Shown here in pieces: positions 1 through 10,684 of a stretch of DNA of 32,000 nucleotides. The position numbers and the translations under genes were made by a program. The notes under the pieces were generated by a model. The model did not search any database, was not told where the DNA came from, and was given only the letters and a program-made list of their open reading frames with translations. The DNA is from Methanothermobacter marburgensis str. Marburg (GTDB taxonomy: Archaea > Methanobacteriota > Methanobacteria > Methanobacteriales > Methanothermobacteraceae): positions 1,450,793-1,482,792 of the forward strand of contig NC_014408.1 of NCBI RefSeq assembly GCF_000145295.1, read 5' to 3'. Within the stretch, counting starts at the first letter, position 1. Each line of letters begins with the position of its first letter.

Positions 1-218
1 TGGCCATGCCTGCTGCAGCTGCAGTCACTCCTGAGGCAGCAGCGCCCTCTGGGAAGTGAGAGTGGCGCGTCAACCGCCACTGTATCTGCGGATTTCACTG
101 AATGGATTATCTCATCAAATGAGAAGACACTGAACACCTTCACTCTCCTGCCGTCTATTATGGCCACACCTGTCTCGTTTTCATGAGATGCGGCCAGATC
201 AACGCCTGCAACAGACAC
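1..218 (-). CDS. 5' part of a hypothetical protein that runs off the window start; possibly RNase H-fold / DUF429-like
   Basis: My own minus-strand translation from GTG at 218 gives VSVAGVDLAASHENETGVAIIDGRRVKVFSVFSFDEIIHSVKSADTVAVDAPLSLP... and stays open to position 1. It starts 9 nt after the stop of the upstream gene. It is absent from the ORF track because it is truncated. The family guess rests only on the GxDLA...TGxA and DAPL motifs. Confidence 0.4.
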   Translation of the reverse strand, partial: MSVAGVDLAASHENETGVAIIDGRRVKVFSVFSFDEIIHSVKSADTVAVDAPLSLPRGRCCLRSDCSCSRHG

Positions 219-227
219 CGCTACCCC

Positions 228-1013
228 TCAGTGGACCCTTACATCCAGGACAACATGCCAGACACCCGGCGAGTACTTCTTTATAATATGCCTGTCAAGA
301 ACAGACACCCTTCTCGGGTGTGCTGCCCTTTCAATCCTCTTAATGGGTCTTGAGAACATTATATTCTCGGGAACAGTTTCATGGTAGTGTAAAACGCCCC
401 CCTCATTGACGCATTCCATCGCAGCTTCAAGGAAGTGGTGGGTGGTTCCAACATAACCCATTATAACCCGGTCAGCGTCCAGTTCAGGGGCGATGGAACG
501 GCAGTCCCCAAGGTGTGGTTCCACGACCCCCTCAACCCTGTTGAGTTTTATATTGGATTTGAGGAATTCAAATGAGTCAGGGTTTATCTCTATGGAGTGG
601 ACCCTCCCTGGGTTTGAATGGACCGCCACCGGTATCGAAAAGTAGCCTATACCTGCAAACATGTCAACAACGGTTTCGCCGTCCTCAACAACTCCGGGTA
701 TTCTGGCCCTCTCATTTATGTTACCCCTTGACCACATTACCCTGGAGAGGTCTATCCTGAAAAGGCAGCCGTTTTCCCTGTGGATTGTCTCGGTGCATTC
801 ACCTGCAAGGACCCTGACGCGGGGCCTCCTCAGGGGTCCACTTATCCCCTCAACAAGGAGAACACCCCTCACACCCGGCATTTCAAGGAATCTTTCAGGG
901 TCCTCAACATCCCTGTTTAGAACTATAATGTCCCCTATCCTCACCCATTTCATGTTTTCACTGCTATGGAGGGCTTTCTGAAAAATAAATCCATAAATGT
1001 TCTTCTTCATCAA
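228..1013 (-). CDS. Class I SAM-dependent tRNA-modifying transferase, Trm5/Taw2 (TYW2) family
   Basis: 261-aa ORF with the SAM-binding motif VVDMFAGIGYFSIPVA. Its short length fits the Taw2-like members better than full-length Trm5. The start is ambiguous: TTG/ATG at 1013/1010, or an internal ATG at 953 (MKWVRIGD). Confidence 0.75.
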   Translation of the reverse strand: MMKKNIYGFIFQKALHSSENMKWVRIGDIIVLNRDVEDPERFLEMPGVRGVLLVEGISGPLRRPRVRVLAGECTETIHRENGCLFRIDLSRVMWSRGNINERARIPGVVEDGETVVDMFAGIGYFSIPVAVHSNPGRVHSIEINPDSFEFLKSNIKLNRVEGVVEPHLGDCRSIAPELDADRVIMGYVGTTHHFLEAAMECVNEGGVLHYHETVPENIMFSRPIKRIERAAHPRRVSVLDRHIIKKYSPGVWHVVLDVRVH

Positions 1014-1097
1014 AGTATTTAATGGCTTCTGTTGAAGGCAAAAAAGATAACTAGCATGAAATCCAACTCTTCATATATAAATTTGAGGGGTTTTTTT

Positions 1098-2189
1098 ATG
1101 AGTAAGGTAAACCGTGATGAGATACTCAGCATCCTTGATGGATACAGCAGGGAAGACATAACAGTTGCAACCCTTGGCAGCCACACATCACTCCACATAC
1201 TCAACGGTGCAAAACAGGAGGGCTTCAGAACCGCTGTGGTATGTGAAAAGGGCCGGGAGGTACCATACCAGCGGTTCAGGGTTGCAGATGAATTCATAAT
1301 TGTTGATAAGTTCAGTGACATTGTAAATGATGATGTTCAGGACAAATTAAGGTCCATGAACAGTATAATAGTCCCCCATGGATCATTTGTGGCCTACGCA
1401 GGCCTTGACCATATCGAAAACGACTTCTATGTCCCCATGTTCGGTAACAGGGACATACTGAGATGGGAATCCGAACGCGACCTTGAGAGGAAACTCATGA
1501 AGGAGGCTGGTATAAGGATACCCCTCAAGTACACTGACCCCGAAGAAATAGACAGACCAGTGATGGTCAAGTTCCCCGGGGCCAGGGGTGGCCGGGGATA
1601 CTTTGTGGCGTCCAGTACAGGGGAATTCAACGATAAAATCGATTCAATGATTGAGAGGGGCTGGATAACCGAGGACGATGTTGATGATGCCCACATTGAA
1701 GAGTATGTATCAGGTACGAACTTCTGTATCCACTACTTCTACTCAATCATGAACGATGAAGTGGAGCTCATGGGTATGGACAGCCGCTTCGAGTCAAACA
1801 TCGACGGCCTTGTAAGGATCCCTGCAAGGGACCAGCTTGAGATAAACCTGGACCCATCATATGTTATAACAGGTAACCACCCTGTTGCAATGAGGGAATC
1901 ACTGCTTCCACAGGCATTTGACATGGGCGACCGTATGGTTGAGGCAGCCAGTAAAATCGTGCCCCCCGGTATGAACGGCCCATTCTGCCTTCAGACCATG
2001 TGCACAGATAACCTGGAAATCGTTACATTCGAGATGAGTGCCCGTACAGATGGGGGAACAAATACCTTCATGCATGGATCCACCTACAGTTACCTCCTCC
2101 ATGGGGAGGGAATGAGCATGGGGCGGCGTGTTGCAAGGGAGATAAAGGTGGCCTCAGAGACAGACCGCCTGCCTGAAATCATAACATAG
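1098..2189 (+). CDS. purP: 5-formaminoimidazole-4-carboxamide ribonucleotide (FAICAR) synthetase PurP, ATP-grasp
   Basis: The N-terminus ...[29 protein letters not shown]... and the overall length are typical of archaeal PurP. I placed the start at ATG 1098 ([10 protein letters not shown]), which is preceded by GAGGGG at 1085-1090. The ORF track extends to 1032. Confidence 0.88.
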   Translation: MSKVNRDEILSILDGYSREDITVATLGSHTSLHILNGAKQEGFRTAVVCEKGREVPYQRFRVADEFIIVDKFSDIVNDDVQDKLRSMNSIIVPHGSFVAYAGLDHIENDFYVPMFGNRDILRWESERDLERKLMKEAGIRIPLKYTDPEEIDRPVMVKFPGARGGRGYFVASSTGEFNDKIDSMIERGWITEDDVDDAHIEEYVSGTNFCIHYFYSIMNDEVELMGMDSRFESNIDGLVRIPARDQLEINLDPSYVITGNHPVAMRESLLPQAFDMGDRMVEAASKIVPPGMNGPFCLQTMCTDNLEIVTFEMSARTDGGTNTFMHGSTYSYLLHGEGMSMGRRVAREIKVASETDRLPEIIT

Positions 2190-2396
2190 CACCCCCACTT
2201 TCATTCTGGATCCGGAAAATCCTGAAATGATAACCCCCTTAACCTTATTTTATTATAAAAAAATCGCAAAGTTTAATAAGGACCTCCAATTTATATAAGG
2301 TACAGAACTTTTATGTCCTCATGGACAGCCACTTACATCATAAAACACAATTAAGAACTGGAGCTGGTTTTTTATTATTTTTACTGAGGTGTATTT

Positions 2397-3029
2397 ATGA
2401 AAGATGAAAAAACGCTGAAAGGCACCACAACTGTTGGCATAACATGCAAGGATGGAGTTGTTTTTGCCACAGAGAGAAGGGCCAGCATGGGCAACCTCAT
2501 AGCCCACAAGGCCACAGACAAGATCTTTAAAATAGATGAACACATAGCAGCCACAATAGCGGGCTCAGTTGCAGATGCCCAGAGCCTCATGAAATACCTC
2601 AAGGCAGAGGCTGCCCTTTACCGCATGAGAAACTCAGAGAGGATAAGCATAGAAGCTGCAGCTGCACTTGCAGCCAACATACTTCACTCATCACGTTTCT
2701 ACCCATTCATTGTCCAGACACTCCTCGGTGGTGTTGATGAAACAGGTGCAAAGATATACTCCCTTGACCCATCAGGGGGTATGATACCTGACAGGTTTGT
2801 ATCAACAGGTTCAGGTTCACCCGTGGCCTACGGTGTGCTTGAGGACAGGTACGCCGATGAACTCTATGTTGATGATGCGATTGACATCGCCATAAGGGCC
2901 ATAAAGTCAGCCATGGAGCGGGATACCTATTCGGGCAACGGCATCCTTGTGGCGACTGTCACAGAGGAGGAAGGCTTCAGGATGCTCAGCCAAGAGGAAA
3001 TCCAGAAAAGGCTTGAAGACCTCAACTGA
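2397..3029 (+). CDS. psmB: Proteasome beta subunit, with a short propeptide before the catalytic Thr
   Basis: MKDEKTLKG|TTTVGITCKDGVVFATERRAS... matches the Ntn-hydrolase proteasome beta signature. RBS GAGGTG lies at 2386-2391. Confidence 0.95.
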   Translation: MKDEKTLKGTTTVGITCKDGVVFATERRASMGNLIAHKATDKIFKIDEHIAATIAGSVADAQSLMKYLKAEAALYRMRNSERISIEAAAALAANILHSSRFYPFIVQTLLGGVDETGAKIYSLDPSGGMIPDRFVSTGSGSPVAYGVLEDRYADELYVDDAIDIAIRAIKSAMERDTYSGNGILVATVTEEEGFRMLSQEEIQKRLEDLN

Positions 3030-3090
3030 TTTTTTTTCCTGTTTTTAATCTGCAGTAAACACCAGTTTACTGTTGATCCCCTGTTTTTTA
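3029..3090 (+). terminator. Oligo-T tracts plus a small hairpin downstream of psmB
   Basis: T8 follows the stop directly (3030-3037), then a T5 run. An 8-bp hairpin CAGTAAAC/GTTTACTG sits at 3053-3072, followed by T6 at about 3084-3089. T-runs are the known archaeal intrinsic termination signal. Confidence 0.35.
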
Positions 3091-3101
3091 GAAGTGATCT
3101 T

Positions 3102-5012
<1,911 letters not shown>

Positions 5013-5058
5013 GGCTAACTATTTAGATGACCTTAAACTATTCTTTAGTGGTGATTGA

Positions 5059-6075
5059 ATGGTAACCTATTCAGAATCCGGTGTGGATATAGACCTGGAG
5101 GAGCTGACCGTATCACGCTTAACCTCCCGGCTTAAGGGCACACTCAGATATTGTGACGTTATAAGCGGGGCCGGCCACTTCGCGGCCCTGGTCAGGATGG
5201 GTGATGTGGCCATAGCCATGAGCACCGACGGTGTCGGTAGCAAGATACTGGTCGCTGAGATGATGAGCCGGTACGACACCGTGGGGATTGACTGCATCGC
5301 GATGGTGGTAAACGACATACTATGTGTTGGCGCAAAGCCGGCGGCACTCGTTGACTACCTCGCAGTTGAAGAACCAGACCCTGATGTTGCTGATGAGATA
5401 GGTAAGGGCCTTGCAAGGGGTGCTGAAATCGCACAGGTGGCCATAATAGGTGGGGAGACAGCCTCCCTCCCAGGTATAATCAGAAACCTTGACCTTGCAG
5501 CCACAGGGATCGGTTTTGTGGATGTGGACCGCATAATAACCGGTGAGAATGTGGGGGAGGGTGACGCTGTTATAGGCCTTGAAAGCAGCGGTATACACAG
5601 TAACGGCCTGAGCCTTGCCCGTAAGGTGTTCTTTGATGAGCTGAAACTCTCAGTGAACGATGAAATGCCGGGCTCCGCTAAAACCGTGGGCGAGGAACTC
5701 CTTGAACCCACAAGGATTTATGTGGATCCCATAATGAGGCTCCTTGAGTCAGGGGTGAGTGTCCATGGCCTTGCCCACATAACAGGAGGGGGCTTCGGAA
5801 ACCTCAAGAGACTCAACAGGGACGTTGGATACCATCTTGATTCCCTGCCAGAACCACAGGAGATATTCAGGACCATCCACGAAGCAGGGGTTGATATAAC
5901 AGAGATGTACAGGGTTTTCAATATGGGTGTTGGCTTCTGTGCTGTTGTCAGCCATGATGACCTGGACGACGCCCTTGACGTCCTTGGTGACGGCGCCCAC
6001 CATATCGGTAACGTAACACCCAGGAAAGCGGAGGTTGCCCTTAAAACTTACACCGGTGAATCAATAAAACTTTAG
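5059..6075 (+). CDS. purM: Phosphoribosylformylglycinamidine cyclo-ligase (AIR synthetase)
   Basis: 338 aa with the AIRS N- and C-domain pattern, including [14 protein letters not shown] and HITGGGF. Confidence 0.92.
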   Translation: MVTYSESGVDIDLEELTVSRLTSRLKGTLRYCDVISGAGHFAALVRMGDVAIAMSTDGVGSKILVAEMMSRYDTVGIDCIAMVVNDILCVGAKPAALVDYLAVEEPDPDVADEIGKGLARGAEIAQVAIIGGETASLPGIIRNLDLAATGIGFVDVDRIITGENVGEGDAVIGLESSGIHSNGLSLARKVFFDELKLSVNDEMPGSAKTVGEELLEPTRIYVDPIMRLLESGVSVHGLAHITGGGFGNLKRLNRDVGYHLDSLPEPQEIFRTIHEAGVDITEMYRVFNMGVGFCAVVSHDDLDDALDVLGDGAHHIGNVTPRKAEVALKTYTGESIKL

Positions 6076-6085
6076 GAGGACTCTT

Positions 6086-7111
6086 ATGAGGATAAGTGCT
6101 GAAGAGGAAGTTAGAATCATAAAGGAAATACTCACCGCCATGGAGGTTCCAGAGGAGGTTTCAGAGATAGTGGCTGATGTTACCCTGGACGCGGACCTGA
6201 AGGGTTTCAGTTCACATGGAATCGGTCGTTTCCCCCAGTACGTTGAGGGGCTGCGATGTGGGACAATAAAGCCCCATGGTGACATAACCATTGAAAGGGA
6301 AACCCCCTCAACGGCCCTCATAAACGGTAACCACATGTTCGGACACTTTGTTGCCTGCAGGGCAATGGAACTTGCAATTGAAAAGGCCAGGGATACCGGC
6401 GTCGGGCTTGTTGGTGTCCATGACTCAAACCACTTTGGTGTTGCCGGATACTACTCGGACATGGCGGTCATGAACGACATGATAGGGGTTGTGATAGCAA
6501 ATACAGAGCCTGCTGTGGCACCCATAGGTGGCAAAACACCCATCCTGGGAACAAACCCCGTGGCCATAGGGATCCCATCAAACAGGCACTATGTCTCGGT
6601 TGACATGGCAACCTCAGCATCCGCCAGGGGCAAACTCCTGGAGGCCGCCAGGAAGGGTGAGAGTATACCCGAAAACATAGCAATGGACGCCGATGGAAAC
6701 CCCACAACCGACCCTGAACTTGCCCTTAAGGGGTCCATACTCCCCTTCGGTGGGCATAAGGGTTATGCGCTTTCATTCATGATAGAGATCCTAGCAGGTC
6801 CCCTTGTGGGGGCTGCCTTTGGGGCTGCGGTGAAGGGAACCGCGAACCCCCGGGAGATGTGCACCAAGGGCGACCTCATGATGGCCATAGACCCCTCAAA
6901 GATGGTCGACCTCCAGGAATTCAAATCCAGCGTGGATGAATTCATCGAGGAGGTTAAATCATCCGGGGACGTCCTCATACCCGGTGACATTGAGGCCATG
7001 AACATAAAGAGGGGGCGTGAAGAGGGAATAGAGGTGGATGAAAAGCTCCTTCAAAGGCTGAATGAAATATCAGATGAACTCGGCCTGGACCTCAAGATTA
7101 AGGGGTTATGA
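6086..7111 (+). CDS. comC: Ldh_2-family 2-hydroxyacid dehydrogenase, probable L-sulfolactate dehydrogenase
   Basis: 341 aa with family motifs [10 protein letters not shown] and NHFGVAGYY. It overlaps the following sulfopyruvate decarboxylase gene by 4 nt, which is coenzyme M biosynthesis context. Confidence 0.8.
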   Translation: MRISAEEEVRIIKEILTAMEVPEEVSEIVADVTLDADLKGFSSHGIGRFPQYVEGLRCGTIKPHGDITIERETPSTALINGNHMFGHFVACRAMELAIEKARDTGVGLVGVHDSNHFGVAGYYSDMAVMNDMIGVVIANTEPAVAPIGGKTPILGTNPVAIGIPSNRHYVSVDMATSASARGKLLEAARKGESIPENIAMDADGNPTTDPELALKGSILPFGGHKGYALSFMIEILAGPLVGAAFGAAVKGTANPREMCTKGDLMMAIDPSKMVDLQEFKSSVDEFIEEVKSSGDVLIPGDIEAMNIKRGREEGIEVDEKLLQRLNEISDELGLDLKIKGL

Positions 7112-7605
7112 AGTTGGATAGCAGCAGGGCTGTTTACGAGGGTATGAAGGAGGCGGGGATAGACTTCGCGGTCAGTGTCCCCTGTGTGAACCTCAGGTTC
7201 GTCCTTGAAATGGTGGACTCTGACCCGGAAATCAGGCACGTGCCTGTTACACGTGAGGAAGAGGGATTCGGTGTTGCAGCCGGCGCCTACATGGCCGGCA
7301 AGACCACAGCCATGCTGATGCAGAACTCAGGTCTCGGTAACTCCGTGAATGTCCTCGCATCACTCTACAGCCTCTACCATATCCCCATAACAATGATTGT
7401 AAGCCACAGGGGGACAAGGGGTGAGTTCATGGAGGCCCAGATCCCCATGGGAAGGGCCACGACCGATATACTTGATATCCTCAAAATACCCTACAGTACC
7501 CCTGAAACACCCTCAGAGGCAAGGGAATCCATAATGGAACTCACAGAACTTTCACTTAAAAGGAGGCATCCTGTGGCTGTGCTCCTTGAGGTTGCCTACT
7601 GGTGA
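7108..7605 (+). CDS. comD: Sulfopyruvate decarboxylase alpha subunit (ThDP enzyme, N-terminal PYR domain)
   Basis: 165 aa. It has a ThDP PYR-domain pattern with conserved Glu ([14 protein letters not shown]) and pairs with the downstream beta subunit. Confidence 0.85.
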   Translation: MKLDSSRAVYEGMKEAGIDFAVSVPCVNLRFVLEMVDSDPEIRHVPVTREEEGFGVAAGAYMAGKTTAMLMQNSGLGNSVNVLASLYSLYHIPITMIVSHRGTRGEFMEAQIPMGRATTDILDILKIPYSTPETPSEARESIMELTELSLKRRHPVAVLLEVAYW

Positions 7606-7609
7606 TAAC

Positions 7610-8152
7610 ATGCTTACACGAATTGAAGCCATAGAAAGAATTGTGGGCGTCCTTGATGATGAAATCGTGGTATGCAACCTGGGTTTCCCATCAAGGGAGC
7701 TCTACAGTATCAAGGATTCGTCAAGACATTTCTACATGCTTGGATCCATGGGTATGGCCCCCTCCATTGGACTTGGCCTTGCCCTCTCACAGGATAGGAG
7801 GGTTGTGGTACTTGATGGTGATGGATCCATCCTCATGAACCTGGGGGGACTGGTAACAGCCGCTGCCCAGGCACCCAAAAACCTCGTCATAGTCCTCCTG
7901 GACAACAGGTGCTACGGAAGCACTGGTTCCCAGTGCACCTACTCAGATCTCATAGACCTGGGGGATGTTGCCGGGTCAATGGGATTCAATGTTATCAGAT
8001 TCCACGAGGAACCTGACTTTAAGCGTGTCCTCCAGGAGGATGGGCCAGTTTTTGCCCATGTGCCTGTAAAACCTGGTAACGCGGATGTCCCTGTCATAGA
8101 TTTAAGCCCTGAGGAGATAATTGAGAGGTTCATGGATGAGGTGAGATCCTAG
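7610..8152 (+). CDS. comE: Sulfopyruvate decarboxylase beta subunit (ThDP/Mg-binding PP domain)
   Basis: It carries the ThDP-binding GDG...N motif ([14 protein letters not shown]...VLLDN). I placed the start at ATG 7610 (MLTRIEAI), just after the comD stop. The ORF track starts at TTG 7586. Confidence 0.85.
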   Translation: MLTRIEAIERIVGVLDDEIVVCNLGFPSRELYSIKDSSRHFYMLGSMGMAPSIGLGLALSQDRRVVVLDGDGSILMNLGGLVTAAAQAPKNLVIVLLDNRCYGSTGSQCTYSDLIDLGDVAGSMGFNVIRFHEEPDFKRVLQEDGPVFAHVPVKPGNADVPVIDLSPEEIIERFMDEVRS

Positions 8153-9918
8153 GACCTCCTCCCTGTGTATGTTGCGTAGAAACCATCTGTATCTGCATAA
8201 ACCGTATGGAAACCGAATTCCTCGGCTATTTTTATTGTCCTCTTTATGTAATCCCTTCCCCATGCGGTTATGGCCTCTGCACACTCCATTGAATACCACC
8301 TGAACCTTGAGTAACCGTAGACCCCGTACATGGTGTTTGCAAGCCTCTTGAGGGCCTCCTGCTGTACATTGAGTATCTTTCGCTCCATGGGGTCATCTGA
8401 GCGCTTCATCTCCCCCTTGATTCTGACCCTCTCAGAGAGTATCTCGCCTATAACCGAGGGTACAAAACCTGCTGGCTCCTTACGGAACCTGTAACCGTAT
8501 TCCGGTGCAACGTGGCAGTCACAATCTTTCTCATCGGTGAGTGTGTCCGGGGATATGTTCTTTGAGATTATTATGCTGGGGTATAGGCTGCGGAAGTCGA
8601 ACTGGACTATGTTCTCATGGAGGCCCCTCTCAGGTTCCTTAACATACCCTCCAACGGCCCTGCGACCCCTTCTCTTTGAGAACTCCGAGTGTGATGGTTT
8701 GTTTGGTACAAGTTCGCCGTACTGGTATGCCTTCCTTACAAGGAACCATTCGGCCTGCTGTCCGGTTGCCATGCGGGATATGTCAAAGAGGGGCTGGCCA
8801 ACTATACGGGTGAGCTCCATGTTGAGGGGGAGAATCTTCTCTGCGATCCGGTAGGTTGCAACGACGTCATCAAGGGAGTACCTGAAGAGTTCATCCCTCA
8901 GCTCCTCCCGGTCCCAGTACTCCCAGAGCTTATCGCCTGGAAGGTCCAGCTTCTCCTCCCCGAAGAGTTCCTGGTAGACCCTCTCAAGTGTGTAGCGGTC
9001 AAGGTTCATGTACCTCCTCATCACAGGGTAGAGGTCCACGTGCACCGTTCCCTTTATGGCTGTTGCGTTTGCAAATCCCCTCCTCATGGTCTTTATCCTT
9101 GAGCCATCCCATCCAAGGTCAAGTTCCACCCCAAGGATCTCGGCCCTCCTTGATAGGTAGGGGAAGTCGAAGTTGTCGGAGTTGTAGCCCACAAGGATGT
9201 CGGGTTTTTTCTCCCTGACGATTTCAGCGAACCTCTCAAGGATTGCCGCCTCATCCCCAACCCTTTCAACGAAGTCCAGGTGCTCACCCCTCGTTGATAT
9301 CACCGATTCAACGCCCATGTTACCGGCAATTCCAACCATCACTATCTCATCATTCTCAGGGTCAGGCATCCCATGGGGGTTTCTCACCTCAATGTCAAAG
9401 CTGAGGATGTCCAGCTGGGGGAAGCCAGAATCAGATGTTTGTATCCCGTCGGTTATCTCAATTATCCTCACATCATCTGATGTGATGGATGATGCCGACT
9501 CCGCCTCCACGCCATTGAATTCTATCCCTGCCATTGGAACGATTGACCTGTCAATGAGGTACCTCCGGTAGAAGGGGATGTCATGTTCCCTTATATCCGC
9601 AACGGATTCAAGGTTCCTTATCCTATCCCTTAACTTCGGAACCTCCTGGGGGTGCCTGAATTCTATCCTTATAACCTCCACCGGTTTTCCAAGGTCCCTT
9701 CGCTCTGTGACCTCAAGTTTTTCCAGTCCCAGTTCAGCGAGGTCATCCAGGCACCTCTCTGTATCGATGGGGATTGCATAGATGTATGGCCTGAATGAAC
9801 TGTCATATGCGATGATTGGCTCATTTCCTGACTTGTCCTTACCAAAGAGCCTGATGACGGGCATCTCATCGACCGTTAGGTAGTCGATGTCAAGGAGCAC
9901 CATGCTGTATCTTTCCAT
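8149..9918 (-). CDS. polB: Family B DNA polymerase, large (N-terminal exonuclease plus palm) piece of a split PolB
   Basis: Exo I is FDIEV, Exo II is [12 protein letters not shown] and Exo III is YSLDDV. Pol motif A is [10 protein letters not shown], motif B is [12 protein letters not shown] and motif C is YADTDG. The ORF stops 10 codons after motif C, so the thumb region is missing. This matches the known split PolB of Methanothermobacter. Confidence 0.92.
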   Translation of the reverse strand: MERYSMVLLDIDYLTVDEMPVIRLFGKDKSGNEPIIAYDSSFRPYIYAIPIDTERCLDDLAELGLEKLEVTERRDLGKPVEVIRIEFRHPQEVPKLRDRIRNLESVADIREHDIPFYRRYLIDRSIVPMAGIEFNGVEAESASSITSDDVRIIEITDGIQTSDSGFPQLDILSFDIEVRNPHGMPDPENDEIVMVGIAGNMGVESVISTRGEHLDFVERVGDEAAILERFAEIVREKKPDILVGYNSDNFDFPYLSRRAEILGVELDLGWDGSRIKTMRRGFANATAIKGTVHVDLYPVMRRYMNLDRYTLERVYQELFGEEKLDLPGDKLWEYWDREELRDELFRYSLDDVVATYRIAEKILPLNMELTRIVGQPLFDISRMATGQQAEWFLVRKAYQYGELVPNKPSHSEFSKRRGRRAVGGYVKEPERGLHENIVQFDFRSLYPSIIISKNISPDTLTDEKDCDCHVAPEYGYRFRKEPAGFVPSVIGEILSERVRIKGEMKRSDDPMERKILNVQQEALKRLANTMYGVYGYSRFRWYSMECAEAITAWGRDYIKRTIKIAEEFGFHTVYADTDGFYATYTGRRS

Positions 9919-10629
9919 GGAGTTTACTCTGTTGTGTGGGACTAATAAAATGTTCTAGGAATGAAGGGGTTATCCGTTTAACTGGCTTGCCAGACCAGTA
10001 TGCCATAGTATCAAAAGATATTAAAAAATGTGAACACAGAGCAGTTGACTTGTAAAAACACCTGCAAAATCTCGACTTGAACAACTTCTAAAACAAAACG
10101 GAACAAGAAAAAAATCAGATAAAAACTATAGATCCCTTTCATGTCAAAATGTAATAAGACACCATTGAGTTAGAGTTTCTGTGAACAGACAATACATCCC
10201 ATTACAAATCGATAAAGATGTTAAGCCCGTGAAGAATTACAGTAAAGAACGTGAAAAATTACGTGATGTAAGCATTATCGCTTCCTCCTTTGGCAATAAA
10301 CCATACGCTCCTGGTGGAGTGTAAGTACCGCAGATACAGACTCAAACAAAGACGTTATGTGATGAAATGCCAATTTATCACTGGGAAAATCATTCCAATG
10401 CCAATTTAAAGAAACACTCAATGCAATCTCATTTGCATTACAAAGAAAGAGATATTAACACTTCATGCATGCTTTGCATGGATTTTTTGTAAGTTTTTAA
10501 TGAAAATCATGAACATGGGATGTTAGAGATCTAAGAGAAAATGTAAGTGACGAAGATCTTATCTAATAAATTTTAATATTAAATTTGTGTTATATAATGG
10601 GATTTATGTTTTTCGGTCCTCAATTGGAT

Positions 10630-10660
10630 AATAATATTTTTATATGATTTTATAATCAAC
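10630..10660 (+). promoter_or_regulatory. Candidate BRE/TATA promoter for the island's first gene
   Basis: AATAATATTTTTATATGATTTTATAATC lies about 40 nt upstream of ATG 10685, with the SD GGAGGTG at 10672-10678 in between. This is sequence resemblance to the archaeal TATA consensus only. Confidence 0.35.
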
Positions 10661-10684
10661 TTTATTTTGCTGGAGGTGTTTTTT

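Noticed and set aside
2190-2396. Minus-strand ORFs 2319-2543 and 2381-2602 and a possible ncRNA in the psmB upstream region
   Set aside because: The ORFs overlap the well-supported psmB start and have no motifs. The region looks like an ordinary AT-rich promoter and leader (TTTATATA at ~2290).
8149-9918. polB as a truncated pseudogene
   Set aside because: The reading frame is intact through all catalytic motifs. The truncation point corresponds to the known natural split of PolB in this lineage.
10169-10322. Short ORF (GTG 10181; VNRQYIPLQIDKDVKPVKNYSKEREKLRDVSIIASSFGNKPYAPGGV) in the long spacer
   Set aside because: It has only ~47 codons, no SD and no recognisable motif, so it cannot be distinguished from chance in AT-rich sequence.
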